Part shown: positions 24,944-37,139 of the stretch, one piece after another | Numbering within the stretch: the first letter of the stretch is position 1 | Layout of the letters: each line of letters begins with the position of its first letter | Made by a program: the position numbers and the translations under genes | Notes under the pieces: generated by a model | What the model was told of the DNA's origin: nothing | Databases searched by the model: none | What the model saw: only the letters and a program-made list of their open reading frames with translations | Origin: Octopus sinensis | Lineage: Eukaryota | Assembly: GCF_006345805.1 (NCBI RefSeq) | Contig: NC_043010.1 | Span: 11,718,001 to 11,782,000 of the forward strand | Reading direction: 5' to 3' | Length of the DNA stretch: 64,000 nucleotides

Positions 24944-25427
24944 TTCAATCAAGTGTCTGCTCAGTCAAAGGTCTGCTCAGTCAAAGGTCTTCTGAATCAA
25001 AAGTCTGCTCAGTCAAAGGTCTTCACAATCAAAGGTCTGCTCGGACAAAGATCTGCTCAATCAAAAGTCTTCTCAATCAAAGATCTGCTCAATCAAAAGT
25101 CTGCTCAATCAAAGGTCTGTTCAATCAAAGGTCTTCTCAATCAAAGGTCTGCTCAGACAAAGATCTGCTCAATCAAAAGATTTTTCAAAGGTCTTCTCAA
25201 TCAAAGATCTGCTCAATCAAAAGATTTTTCAAAGGTCTTCTCAATCAAAGGTCTTCTTAATCAAAGGTCTGCTCAATCAAAGGTCTACTCAGTCAAAGGT
25301 CTTCTCTATCAAAGGTCTACTCAGTCAAAAGTCTTCTCAATCAAAGGTCTACTCAATCAAAGGTCTACTCAATCAAAGGTCTGCTCAATCAAAGGTCTTC
25401 TCAATCAAAAGGTCTTCTCAATCAAAG
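24944..25427 (+). repeat. 16-bp minisatellite (aaaggtctgctcaatc / aaaggtcttctcaatc), about 30 units
   Basis: Direct reading of tandem units. Confidence 0.9.
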
Positions 25428-25531
25428 ATGACATTGGGTTAAACCACAGCAACATCAGTGGTTGTGGCATCAATTTCCAGCTCTATTATATTGGAAAATT
25501 TAACTTACCATATGTAAAAACTGTATATATA

Positions 25532-25697
25532 GGCGCAGGAGTGGCTGTGTGGTAAGTAGCTTGCTTACCGACCACATGGTTCCAGGTTCAGTCCCACTGC
25601 GTGGCACCTTGGGCAAGTGTCTTCTACTATAGCCTCGGGCCGACCAATGCCTTGTGAGTGGATTTGGTAGACAGAAACTGAAAAGAAGCCCGTCGTA

Positions 25698-25746
<49 letters not shown>

Positions 25747-25961
25747 ATATGTTTGTGTGTCTGTGTTTGTCCCCCCACCATCGCTTGACGACCGATGCTG
25801 GTGTGTTTACGTCCCCGTCACTTAGCGGTTCGGCAAAAAGAGACCGATAGAATAAGTACTGGGCTTACAAAGAATAAGTCCCGGGGTCGATTTGCTCGAT
25901 TAAAGGTGGTGCTCCAGCATGGCCGCAGTCAAATGACTGAAACAAGTAAAAGAGTAAAAGA
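25532..25961 (+). mobile_element. SINE-A full length
   Basis: Consensus match. Confidence 0.9.
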
Positions 25962-26019
25962 GTATATTCTTCAACATATTAATTCTCAGACATTTTTCAT
26001 TTGCAGTCTGGAGCATCAC

Positions 26020-26160
26020 ACTTTGATTTAACTCCTTTGTTACCATATTTCTGTTGAAATACACCACATTTGTGTCAATTAATTATGAAAATAATGAAAG
26101 TTGTCCTAATTGGTGGTTTTTGAAACATAAATTTACACAAAATTTTGATTGTATATTTTA
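26020..26160 (+). mobile_element. piggyBac-like MITE fragment
   Basis: ttaactcctttgttaccatatttctgttgaaatac; the reverse complement of the same start lies at ~28460-28500. Confidence 0.5.
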
Positions 26161-26220
26161 ATTTATATCACTCTGAACAGAAAGCAATCTCATATGGGTT
26201 GGTGTCAAAAGGATAGACAC

Positions 26221-26629
26221 TCTCTTTCTTACTCTTTTACTTGTTTCAGTCATTTGACTGCGGCCATGCTGGAGCACCACCTTTAATCGAGCAACTCGAC
26301 CCCGCAACTTATTCTTTATAAGCCCAGTACTTATTCTATTGGTCTCTTTTGCCGAACCACTAAGTGACGGGGACATAAACACACCAGCATCAGTTGTCAA
26401 GCAATGCTAAGGGGACAAACACAGACACACAAACACACACATACATATACATATATACATATATACGACGAGCTTCTTTCAGTTTCCGTCTACCAAATCC
26501 ACTCACAAGGCATTGGTCGGCCCGAGGCTATAGTAGAAGACACTTGTCCAAGGTGCCACGCAGTGGGATTGAACCCGGAACCATGTGGTTGGTAAGCAAG
26601 CTACTTACCACACAGCCACTCCTGCGCCT
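26221..26629 (-). mobile_element. SINE-A full length
   Basis: Reverse complement of the consensus. Confidence 0.9.
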
Positions 26630-26861
26630 ATAAAGCTAATGTAAAAAAAATCATAAATTTCTATAACAATAGTAAAGAGTCTATTTTGGGTTGTTGCCAT
26701 TTGTCTTAGATTGAGGAAGATACATACAGAAAGCTTTGAGCTAGAAGCATTATTTAGCAGTCAGTAAATTTTTAAAAAAAAACCTCTCTCTCTCACTTCT
26801 GCTTTTTTTTTTTTTTGAACTCTAGGACTCATAAGGCCAGTTATTTGAGTTCTGTGGCATA

Positions 26862-27100
26862 TAAGTGACTGAGATTATTGCATCCTCCCCGAACAGGATG
26901 CCAGTTCATTGCAGAGTTCAAGAGCAACAATTTTAAGGAGAGGGGTCAAGTCGATTATATTAACCTCAGTATTTAACTGGTATTTTATTTTATCAACCCT
27001 GAAGGGGTGACAAGCAAAGCTGAGCTTGGCAGGATTTGAATTCAGGATGTAAAGAGCCGGAAAAATACCACTAGGCATTTTGTCCAACATGCTGTTCCAC
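26862..27100 (-). mobile_element. SINE-C, diverged
   Basis: ggggtcaagtcgattatatt...gcaaagctgagcttggcaggatttgaattcagga. Confidence 0.6.
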
Positions 27101-27128
27101 AAACTCAACACCCCATCAACTAATTACT

Positions 27129-27538
27129 GGAGTGGCTGTGTGGTAAGTAGCTTGCTTACCAACCACATGGTTCCGGGTTCAGTCCCACTGCATGGCATCT
27201 TGGGCAAGTGTCTTCTGCTATAGCCTCGGGCAGACCAATGCCTTGTGAGTGGATTTGGTAGACAGAAACTGAAAGAAGCCCGTCGTATATATGTATATAT
27301 ATCTATATGTACGTGTGTGTGTGTGTGTGTGTGTGTGTTTGTGTGTTTGTGTTTGTCCCCCTAGCATTGCTTGACAACCAATGCTGGTGTGTTTACATCC
27401 CTGTCAGTTAGCGGTTCGGCAAAAGAGACCGATAGAATAAGTACTGGGCTTACAAAGAATAAGTCCCGGGGTCGATTTGATCGACTAAAGGCAGTGCTCC
27501 AGCATGGCCGCAGTCAAATGACTGAAACAAGTAAAAAA
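27129..27538 (+). mobile_element. SINE-A
   Basis: Consensus match. Confidence 0.9.
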
Positions 27539-27879
27539 GAAATATATGCTATTACCAATTTATTGGATTCCAACTGTTATCCTATAGTACCAATACTGAA
27601 ATTCTGTTTGACATCTCAGATCTATAAGCAAAGCAAATTTGCCATTTCTATTTGATTGAAACTGTTTTTGGCTGTTAATCAGTTACAACACTATTTACTT
27701 ATCTCTGTTGTTTAAATATGTTACTACAGAGCATCATCCATTTTCCCTTTTTTTAGGAAATTATATCTTTAATTCCTTTTTATATCAATCTGCCCAAACT
27801 GTCCTCAGTTCTTTGATACGAACTTGCTGTTTTAAATTAATCTAAATTAATTTTTTAAATAAATCTAAATTAAAATTGA

Positions 27880-28345
27880 ACGCCTTACTTCCCTGGGCAT
27901 GGACACATTGAAACTCCGACATCTGGCAGCTGACTTGGCAGACACCCATAAAATTATCAACCATCTTACAAACAATAACTCTGAGCACCTTTTCAAACTC
28001 CACCCATCTAACACCCGTGGACATATTTACAAAGTCATAAAACAGCACAGCTCCCATGACTTCAGGAAATATTTTTTCATGCTAAGAGTTGCTGAAGCAT
28101 GGAACAAACTGCCGGCATCACTTGTTAGTTGTCGGAGCACTGCATCATTCAAAACTTCCATGCTTTCTGAGATTCGCCAACACTACAACTGATTTTCTCC
28201 CCTCCATACACACACAAGCATGTATCTGACTCATACATTGTTTGCTTTCCAGACATTTTTACATTACTGCATATACTTTATACGCACTTTCTGACAAGTT
28301 GTGGTGCACCTGAGCACTGTATACAATAATTTCATTATTATTATA
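27880..28345 (+). mobile_element. CR1-clade LINE 3' end
   Basis: TLKLRHLAADL...TRGHIYKV...RKYFFMLRVAEAWNKLP...FK is a CR1 C-terminal signature; UTR and (ATT)n tail follow. Confidence 0.85.
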
Positions 28346-28861
28346 TTAAAATCTTCCTTCAAAATTTCGTTGTAATTTAAGTCTCAAACACCAACTAAAG
28401 AAGGTTATAGTTATTTTACTAAATTTTTCATTATTTGTAAAATTAATTGAAACAAAACCAATACATTTCAACAGAAATATGGTGAGAAAAGGATTAATGT
28501 ACACAAATAATTTTTTTTAATATTTATGCAAAAACAAAATAATAACAAAAAATTAGCTTTGTCTTAAATCATAAGAATTTCTATCTACAATGTTTGTATT
28601 TGTCATGAGAACATTGTTCTGTTAACAAATTGTAGCCTTTGAATACAAAAGATCCGAGTAATTTCTCTTAAAATGACAGTGATATAATTTGATGGATCTT
28701 GCCAAAGTTAAGAGTCTAGTTTTGATCTTATTGTTGTCAGTTTCAAATGATTACATCAGTTAAATCACCCTCTGTACATGACAGAAAACCGGTGATATCT
28801 AGCTTTGTGAGTGTTCAAAGACACACTTGAATATGCAATCTCTTACAACAGCATTTCTCCC

Positions 28862-29050
28862 AGCTCTTTCCATTCTGAGTTCAAATTCCACTGGGGTCAA
28901 CTTAACATTTCATCCTTTCACGGTCATTATGATAAAATACGATAAGTAACAGTTGAGCACAAGATTGATATAATTGACCAGCCTCCTCCCCTCAAATTTG
29001 AGGCTTTTGCCTATAGTTGAAAGAATTATTATTATTATCATTATTATTAT
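28862..29050 (+). mobile_element. SINE-C, diverged, with (TTA)n tail
   Basis: ttctgagttcaaattccactggggtcaac...catcctttc; ends gaattattattattatc. Confidence 0.65.
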
Positions 29051-29054
29051 TATT

Positions 29055-29465
29055 TTTTTTCAAGTTTCACTTGAAAAGGAAGATGAGGTTAGAGAGGAGA
29101 GTGCTGTCCGATAGCAAGTTTTTTGAAAGGTGGGTGAATTGTGCAAGAATGGCCAGTATAAATGGACCAGTTCTCAGGTTTCGCCTGTGATTCAAAAAGG
29201 TAATATAAAAGGAAAAAAAAGGGACTCTCTACCCCACTTTTTTTTACCAGGCTCCTGTTGGCTTTTATGGGGTTTTTTTCCACCAGGAACCTTTCGTAAC
29301 GCCTCCCCCTTTTGGGAGTTTTTCGTTGTTAAATATTTTCATTATTACATTGTTGTTTACACGGATTTTTCACAAACGGACAAAACCCTTTGTAACCTTT
29401 CGTCTTGTTTTGTCCCTTTATGTTTACTAATCATGTGTGTCAGCCCTTGTGGCCAATAAAAAGAA
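29055..29465 (+). mobile_element. Tx1/L1-clade LINE 3' end, sister family flanked by (TTA)n
   Basis: KRKMRLERRVLSDSKFFERWVNCARMA aligns with KRKVRVERQVLSSECFKKRWVNVARMA of the 38096 ORF; ends cagcccttgtggccaataaa. Confidence 0.8.
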
Positions 29466-29468
29466 TTA

Positions 29469-29521
<53 letters not shown>

Positions 29522-30378
29522 CATTATGTGATGAAAACTCACAGCCTATTTTGCTGGGTATGAAGGAAAGTGACAGCTATCTACAGCCAGCAGACTAAGG
29601 TGATTGATCATGCTTCAAGAACTCTGCAAAGAATTCTTGAAGTTCCAAGCAATGCTGATTTTTGTAGGTGTTCTACTGTCATACTTATACCAATCTTTTT
29701 CAGCCATGCTGGTGGTAGTTGAGTGCTGATACTTCCAAGTGCACCAATTACTATTGGAATCGCGTCTACTCTCCTCACTGACCACAACCTTTGTATTTCC
29801 CACTTCAAATCTTCAAAGTTGTTTATTTTTTCTTATTTTTTCACATTGATCCTGTTGTCCAGTTTCCGCTGTCTGGTCAGGTGATTGTACTGGATTATTG
29901 TATCCCACAGGATTTTTCAATTCTCATTCTCAGTGACTGCTTCTGGGGTTTGCTCATACCATGTCTTTGATCTTTCTAGGCCATAGTTTCCACAGAGCTC
30001 CCAATGGATTATTCGTGCCACATTGTCATGGTGTCTTTTATATATATGTTGCGCCAATTTCGGCCACTCACTAACAATATGCTCACTGCTCATTCTGCAT
30101 TTATTGCTGTCAGTATTATTGTCTATTCTGCACTTCACATGGTTGGTCCTTAATGCTTGTTCTTGAGCTGCGCATATGAGTGCTTCTGTCTCTATCTTCA
30201 GGTCACTACTTCTCATCCATAGCCACTGCTCCTCTGCATCTGTCTTTGTGTTTACATCTCTTGCAAAGTGACTGTACATTTTTTCCCTTCCATGCTTCTT
30301 CTTTTTTGGTGTTCATGTCTTGTTCAAATTTTTCTTTCATTACACAATTTTCAGTTTTGATGACAATGGCCTTCTTCA
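29465..30378 (-). mobile_element. R4/Dong-type (RLE) non-LTR retrotransposon 3' fragment
   Basis: LKIETEALICAAQEQALRTN, degenerate CCHC (KCRM..EHIVSE), HHDNVARIIHW, KILWD, IPIVIGALG, LQKSALLGTSRIL; (TAA)n tail. Confidence 0.8.
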
Positions 30379-30380
30379 TA

Positions 30381-30586
30381 TGTTTGAGTGTCTGTGTTTG
30401 TCCCCCCAACATCACTTGACAACCGATGCTGGTGTGTTTACGTCCCCGTAACTTAGCGGTTCGGCAAAAAGAGACCAATAGAATAAGTACTAGGCTTACA
30501 AAGAATAAGTCCTGAGGTCGAATTGCTCGACTAAAGGCGGTGCTCCAGCATGGCCACAGTCAAATGACTGAAACAAGTAAAAGAGA
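30381..30586 (+). mobile_element. SINE-A 3' half
   Basis: Consensus match from tgtgtttgtccccc to gtaaaagagag. Confidence 0.85.
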
Positions 30587-30837
30587 GTATGTATCTAAAT
30601 ATTTAACCGAAGACGACTTCAATCCAAAAAAGACACCACCCGCTGAGGAAAATCAATTGAATGCAGCAGCACAGAGAAATAAAACATTAATTACACAGCA
30701 GATGAATATCGAACAAGTAAAATAATGACTTTTTGACAGTAAACAGTGGAATTAACACAAATGTTCATAACGTTATGCCAGACAAGAACTTCAACAAGAC
30801 ATACATACTTTTTATTAAATATACAAAACAGTTAAAA

Positions 30838-31255
30838 GGTGGCGAGCTGGCAGAAACGTTAGCACGCCGGGCGAAATGCGTAGCCGTATTTCATCTGCCG
30901 TTACGTTCTGGGTTCAAATTCCGCCGAGGTCGACTTTGCCCTTCATCCTTTCGGGGGGTCGATAAATTAAGTACCAGTTACGCACTGGGGTCGATATAAT
31001 CGACTTAATCCGTTTGTCTGTCCTTGTTTGTCCCCTCTGTGTTTAGCCCCTTGTGGGTAGTAAAGAAATACGTATTTCGTCTGCCATTACGTTCTGGGTT
31101 CAAATTCCGCCGAGGTCGACTTTGCCCTTCATCCTTTTGGGGGTCGATAAATTAAGTACCAGTTATGCACTGGGGTCGATGTAATCAACTTAATCCGTTT
31201 GTCTGTCCTTGTTTGTCCCCTCTGTGTTTAGCCCCTTGTGGATAGTAAAGAAATA
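30838..31255 (+). mobile_element. SINE-C with tandemly duplicated 3' body
   Basis: Head at 30838; body repeated at ~30890-31070 and 31072-31255. Confidence 0.85.
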
Positions 31256-31861
31256 TATACAAAACAGTCAAAAAAAATTATCAATTTTGTCATTCTTTTG
31301 ACACCATTAGGAACAAGCAGATATTGAATATGAACAAACTAACCTAGAAAAACATTTTCTTTGCAGAATTTGCAAAGAGGAAGGGAACCTCTTTGCTAGA
31401 GAGTTTCATGCAACGATGAAACCAGTTACCTCTCTGTCTCTCTTTCTCGGCATCACCAAAAACAAAAATTGTTCCTGCATGTCTCCGCAAAAACAGTTAT
31501 TGGTGGTCTTCATTCATGTACGAAATGATATATCTCCTCCATTGGTTTAAATAAAGTTTACAGGACTATATTCCAAATTCTTAAAAACCGAGAGTGAAAT
31601 GTAAAAGGTGAACTAAGAGGATGTGTCACCCATAAGCACATGTCTCAGTACATGAGGTGATGTAATACTTGGATGGCCTTCCATTATCTTTGTGGAACAG
31701 AATGACCAGATGGTAAGTATCAAAGGTCAAGAGTGTTTCAATGGGCATGCAAGTACTGGGATTGCTGATATTGACTATTCTCCACTTACCCTCAGAATTA
31801 CGAGCCTTTTACCTAAATTTGAAACAATTACTTATTTTTTTGTAATAGTAGTAACAGATAT

Positions 31862-32281
31862 GGAGTGGCTGTGTGGTAAGTAGCTTGCTTACGAACCACA
31901 TGGTTCCGGGTTCAGTCCCACTGCGTGGCATCTTGGGCAAGTGTCTTCTACTATAGCCTCGGGCCGACCAAAGCCTTGTGAGTGGATTTGGTAGACGGAA
32001 ACTGAAAGAAGCCCGTCGTATATATGTGTATATATATATATATGTGTGTGTGCGTTTGTTTGTGTGTCTGTGTTTGTCCCCCTAGCATTGCTTGACAACC
32101 GATGCTGGTGTGTTTATGTCCCGTCACTTAGCGGTTCGTCAAAAGGGACCGATAGAATAAGTACTGGGCTTACAAAGAATAAGTCCCGGAGTCGAGTTGC
32201 TCGATTTAAGGCGGTGCTCCAGCATGGCCGCAGTCAAATGACTGAAACAAGTAAAAGAGTAAAGAGTAAAAGAGTAAGAGT
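31862..32281 (+). mobile_element. SINE-A
   Basis: Consensus match. Confidence 0.9.
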
Positions 32282-32393
32282 ATATGCTTTTATAAACATT
32301 TTACCACCAATGATGGTTTTAGCAGATTTGAACCTTTGTATTTGGTTAGCACAAATTGTTAGATACCTCTACTTAGAGCTGGGCAATGTGTGA

Positions 32394-32713
32394 GGGCGCG
32401 TGGTTTAGTGGTTAGGGCATTCGGCTCATGATCGTAAGGTTGTGAGTTCGATTCCCGGCGACGCGTTGTGTCCTTGAGCAAGACACTTTATTTCACATTG
32501 CTCCAGTCCACTCAGCTGGCAAAAATGAGTTGTACTTGTATTTCAAAGGGTCAGCCTTGTCACTCTCTGTGTCACGCTGATTATCCCCGAGAACTACGTT
32601 AAGGGTACACGTGTCTGTGGAATGCTCAGCCATTTGCACGTTAATTTCACGAGCAAGCTGTTCCGTTGATCGTATCAGCTGGGACCCTCGTCGTCGTAAC
32701 CGGCGGAGTCTTT
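32394..32713 (+). mobile_element. SINE-B full length
   Basis: tggtttagtggttagggc A box, gagttcgattccc B box, tgtgtccttgagcaagacact domain. Confidence 0.85.
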
Positions 32714-33242
32714 TAAGAGCTGGGCACTAAAGTATAAAAGAGGCTATGATTAGGGACTCAAGGAAAGAGGTTTAAAAAAGTTGGAACTTGCAGTCAGGAA
32801 GTCTAGTAATATAACATTCTAGCTATTATTCATATAAAGTGGTTCGTAAATACACATACGTTAATCAACCATTATTGATAAATACATATAAATATTAGCA
32901 AATATATTTATCGTATACACTTTTCCACTTTAAGTATTCTTACTGTGGAAAAAAAAAAAGACAGCACGAGAAGCTCTGTAAATAATTCTTATTTTTCTTT
33001 CTATCAGTCTCCATCCTACTATACTGGTGAAATATGTCTTTCCTTCTCAAGAATCATTTTGTTTCGTGAAGCAAAAAACAAAAACAAAAAATAAAAGAAA
33101 AAAAATGGAAAAAAAAAAAATCCAGGGAACATCAACAGATTCTACATCTTAAGTCCACAATAATATTGATGTATGGTGTAGAAAAAGAAAAAAATAAATG
33201 GTGAAAGAATTTGGGCTATTTCTTTCTTGACTATGGTCTTAC

Positions 33243-33352
33243 CTTTCCTTGGGCTGTTTTTAGCAGATATTTTAAGATATCTCCATGGTTACATGCCTTT
33301 ACACCTTCACCTAACTTATTCCATTTTCCTAAGCTGCAACTTTCTGCTTTTT
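33243..33352 (-). CDS. Candidate internal exon (KAESCSLGKWNKLGEGVKACNHGDILKYLLKTAQGK)
   Basis: Weak gttag acceptor, open frame, AAG|GTAAGA donor; no homology recognised. Confidence 0.2.
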
Positions 33353-33759
33353 CTAACATTCACCACAAGATACTGATCGGATAAATTCTTTTCTTTTTCT
33401 TTTTTTTTTTTTTTTTTTTTACTAATTCCTTTCCCAACTGCAATATTCTTTTATCATAAATTTCCAGTGGTTTACACTATAGATTAACCCATTAAATTCT
33501 CATAATCCAATATCATGTCATCTATGTCACTAACCATACGTATGTTTTATGTTATTATCATAAAAAAAAAAACATATGAACAAAGAAAATATAACGATAT
33601 AGAATATGAATCTTATACAACAATATTTTATGCATAATGTAAAGTAATAAGAGTTTTTGGCTGAAGCCAAGTGCCAAATACATTGCAATTCAGATTAAAT
33701 AAATCTAAGTCCATTAGACCAAAATAGTAAGGAAAATTTCTGATTAGATTAATAGGATG

Positions 33760-34190
<431 letters not shown>

Positions 34191-35298
34191 AATACTACTT
34201 TTGTAGCCATTAACTGGAAATATAATGAAATTACTTGATAAAGATTTTTCCATAAATAAAGGTGATTATTAACCTTCAGTTTTCAGCAAAAATGATTCCT
34301 TAGGAATGGGCCTAAGTATCTTTCATTGTAAGGAGAAGAATATTTTTAATGAAAATAAGTCAAATATTTCAGCGAAAACAGAAATGAATATTTTATGAAA
34401 GCTAAATTGATATTTCCATAGGAATAAGGCAAATATTTTTAATTAAAATAAGTATGAATAGAGCAGGAAGAATGGAGAGGTATATTTAAATAATAATGGA
34501 AGATATATTAAGGATGTGAAGAAGAAAGTAATAAAGTCTACTGTAATGAATGATATTTCTATACTGTAAAAATTAGGTGATAATAACAAGTTGTCAGCTT
34601 TCTGAGGAAGAGATAAGTAATAAACATCATCAGGAATATTAAAGAACAGAATTTAATCAATATCGAACAATTAAAAGAGCAGCTTAGCCTTAGGGGTATA
34701 AATCTAATTCAGAAATGTCAATGTATCCCTAACTAAATAGTAGGCTTAAGTGAAGAGAAACTGAGTTCAATTCTAATTAATGTAGCAGTATTTACCTTGA
34801 TGTAACGAGTCAAAAAAATTTGAATTAATTAAAGTTACAGCCATAATGTGAAGAACCATTCATTTATCTTAATGGCTTAATTCTGGTGAAAAAAAATTTA
34901 AATGCAGAGGAGACAACCCTTGGAACTTAAAGGAATTGAGTCTGAACTTTGGCAGAGCAGTGACACCTTCAGCTATGTTAGTTAAAATATATTCATGATA
35001 TATTTTAACTTCTAAAGGCTAATTCACTGCAGTTACCATGGAGAAAAAATTCTCCCTTACCACAATAAGAGTAAAAACACCATATCTACATGGTGCTTCT
35101 CTCTAGCAGGTCCCCAGATGTGTGTTTCTGTCTCTTTAGCCTTCCTCAATGGAAAATACTGAAAATATATAGCCCTGGGCAGATTCAAGGCCATAGCTTT
35201 GACTAAAAGCAGTCAACATCAGTGACTGATTTGTGCTAGTGGATCACCTGGCAACATCAGTACAAAGCAATGATGACAAATAAACAAACTTCAGGTTA

Positions 35299-35463
35299 GG
35301 CGTAGGAGTGGCTGAGTGGTAAGTAGCTTGCTTACGAACCACATGGTTCTGGGTTCAGTCCCACTGCATGGCAAATTGGGCAAGTGACTACTACTATAGC
35401 CTCAGGCCGACCAAAGCCTTGTGAGTGGATTTGGTAGACGGAAACTGAAAGAAGCCCGTCGTA

Positions 35464-35534
<71 letters not shown>

Positions 35535-35778
35535 ATGTGTTTGTGTGTGTGTATGTGTGTCTGTTTGTCCCCCCCCCCAACATCGCTTGACAACCGATGC
35601 TGGTGTGTTTACGTCCCCGTAACTTAGCAGTTTGGCAAAAGAGACCGATAGAATAAGTTCTAGGCTTACAAAGAATAAGTTCTGGGGTCCATTTGCTTGA
35701 CTAAATGCGGTGCCCCAGCATAGCCACAGTCAAATGACTGAAACAAGTAAAAGAGAGTAAAGAGAGTAAAAAAGAGAG
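35299..35778 (+). mobile_element. SINE-A full length
   Basis: Consensus match with a long internal (TA)n. Confidence 0.9.
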
Positions 35779-36029
35779 TTAGTTAAAATATATTTGTGAT
35801 ATATTTTAATTTCTGAAGGCAAATTCACAGTAGTTACCATGGTGAAAAAAATCTCTCTTATGGTAAATGGCTAGAGAGCAATTTATTTACCTGTCTTAAT
35901 GATTTACTAATCATTTGCATTTGCATACTACATGAGATTATTAACTTCTTACCACACAACCATGGACATGAGGTAAGAAATTTGCATCCCAATGACATGG
36001 TTTCAGGTTCAGTACCACTATGTATTTAT

Positions 36030-36288
36030 GTTGCCAGTGGCACGTAAAATGCACCAATCCATTCGTGGCCATTGCCAGCCTCACCTGGGACCTGTGCCTG
36101 GGGCACGTAAAAAGCACCCACTACACTCACAGAGTGGTTGGCGTTAGCAAGGGCATCCAGCTGTAGAAACATTGCCAGATTAGACTGGAGCCTGGTGCAG
36201 CCTTCTGGCTTCCCAGATCCCTGGTCGAACCATCCAACCCATGCTAGCATGGAGAACGGACGTTAAATGATGATGATGATGATGATGA
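36030..36288 (+). mobile_element. RTE-type 3' end / RTE-tailed SINE
   Basis: Same block as 10130-10316, (GAT)n tail. Confidence 0.8.
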
Positions 36289-36309
36289 TGTATGTATGTA
36301 TGTAGGTAA

Positions 36310-36560
36310 TCCAAACATGAACAAAGAGAAAACACAACAACGTGAGGACGTAGAACAAGTACAGTGTTATTGGATGCTCAGGAAAGGAAAGAAAGAAGGA
36401 GAATTTAATGTTTCGAGCGGAGCTCTTCGTCAGAAACTTAGAAAAAGGAAAGGTCCAAGGAGGGGAAGACAGAGAAAGAAAATCACCAACGATACACACG
36501 CGGTCACATATTGAAATGACCGGAAGGGAATGGGTGAAGAAAAAGTTCTTTCAAAGACAG
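36310..36560 (-). mobile_element. Penelope-like terminal fragment
   Basis: Related to 690-900; carries a hammerhead motif. Confidence 0.5.
36404..36436 (-). ncRNA. Minimal hammerhead ribozyme motif
   Basis: gttt-CTGACGA-AGAGCTCCGCTC-GAAACATT-aaat: intact CUGANGA and GAAA, stem II GAGC/GCUC, stem I; G16.2 replaced by A. Confidence 0.55.
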
Positions 36561-36619
36561 AAGAGTGCAAGAGAAGGAGGTATGTGTGTGTATGTGCATG
36601 CACGCAGGTCTGTGTGTGT

Positions 36620-36650
<31 letters not shown>

Positions 36651-37139
36651 AATGTAGGTATGTATGCATGCATGCATGTATGAATGCATGTATGTATGCA
36701 TGTATGTATGCATGTATGTATGTTTGCATGTATGTATGTAATTATGTAAAGCTGAACCCAGTAAAGCTGGAGTCATCTTCGTAGTCATAAAGCGAGACAG
36801 ATGAGTGACCACCTGGTCACTGGTGGTGGTATAACACACCATACTAATCATATCTGTCAGGCATGTGGAAGAGAGGAGGGCTTGAACGACATGCAAAGAT
36901 ACACGAAGCCCAGTTACAACTACAGCCGGCTATTACTGGTAAAGGTTTTAGTTGCTAATTCTGTACAAGACATTGTAGATCTTTAGCTGGGCTAAAAAGT
37001 CACATTCGATCACAGCACCAGTAACAGTTAAGCTTCGTGCAATGGCCATACTCGATAACGAGGGGGCAGCCATCATCATGTAATTATGTATGTTGGGGAT
37101 ACTTATGTTTTGTCTGTTACTATAACAATGGGTTTAGTT

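Noticed and set aside
24953-25555. 200-aa repetitive ORF, and the array as a possible CRISPR
   Set aside because: Units are contiguous 16-mers with no unique spacers, in a eukaryotic context; the ORF is a by-product of the repeat.
31367-31812. Candidate exons on both strands
   Set aside because: Phases are incompatible with neighbours and the evidence is no better than chance.
34280-34800. Purine-skewed stretch (and 53480-54030) resembling old LINE coding DNA
   Set aside because: No diagnostic RT or endonuclease motif could be recovered by eye.
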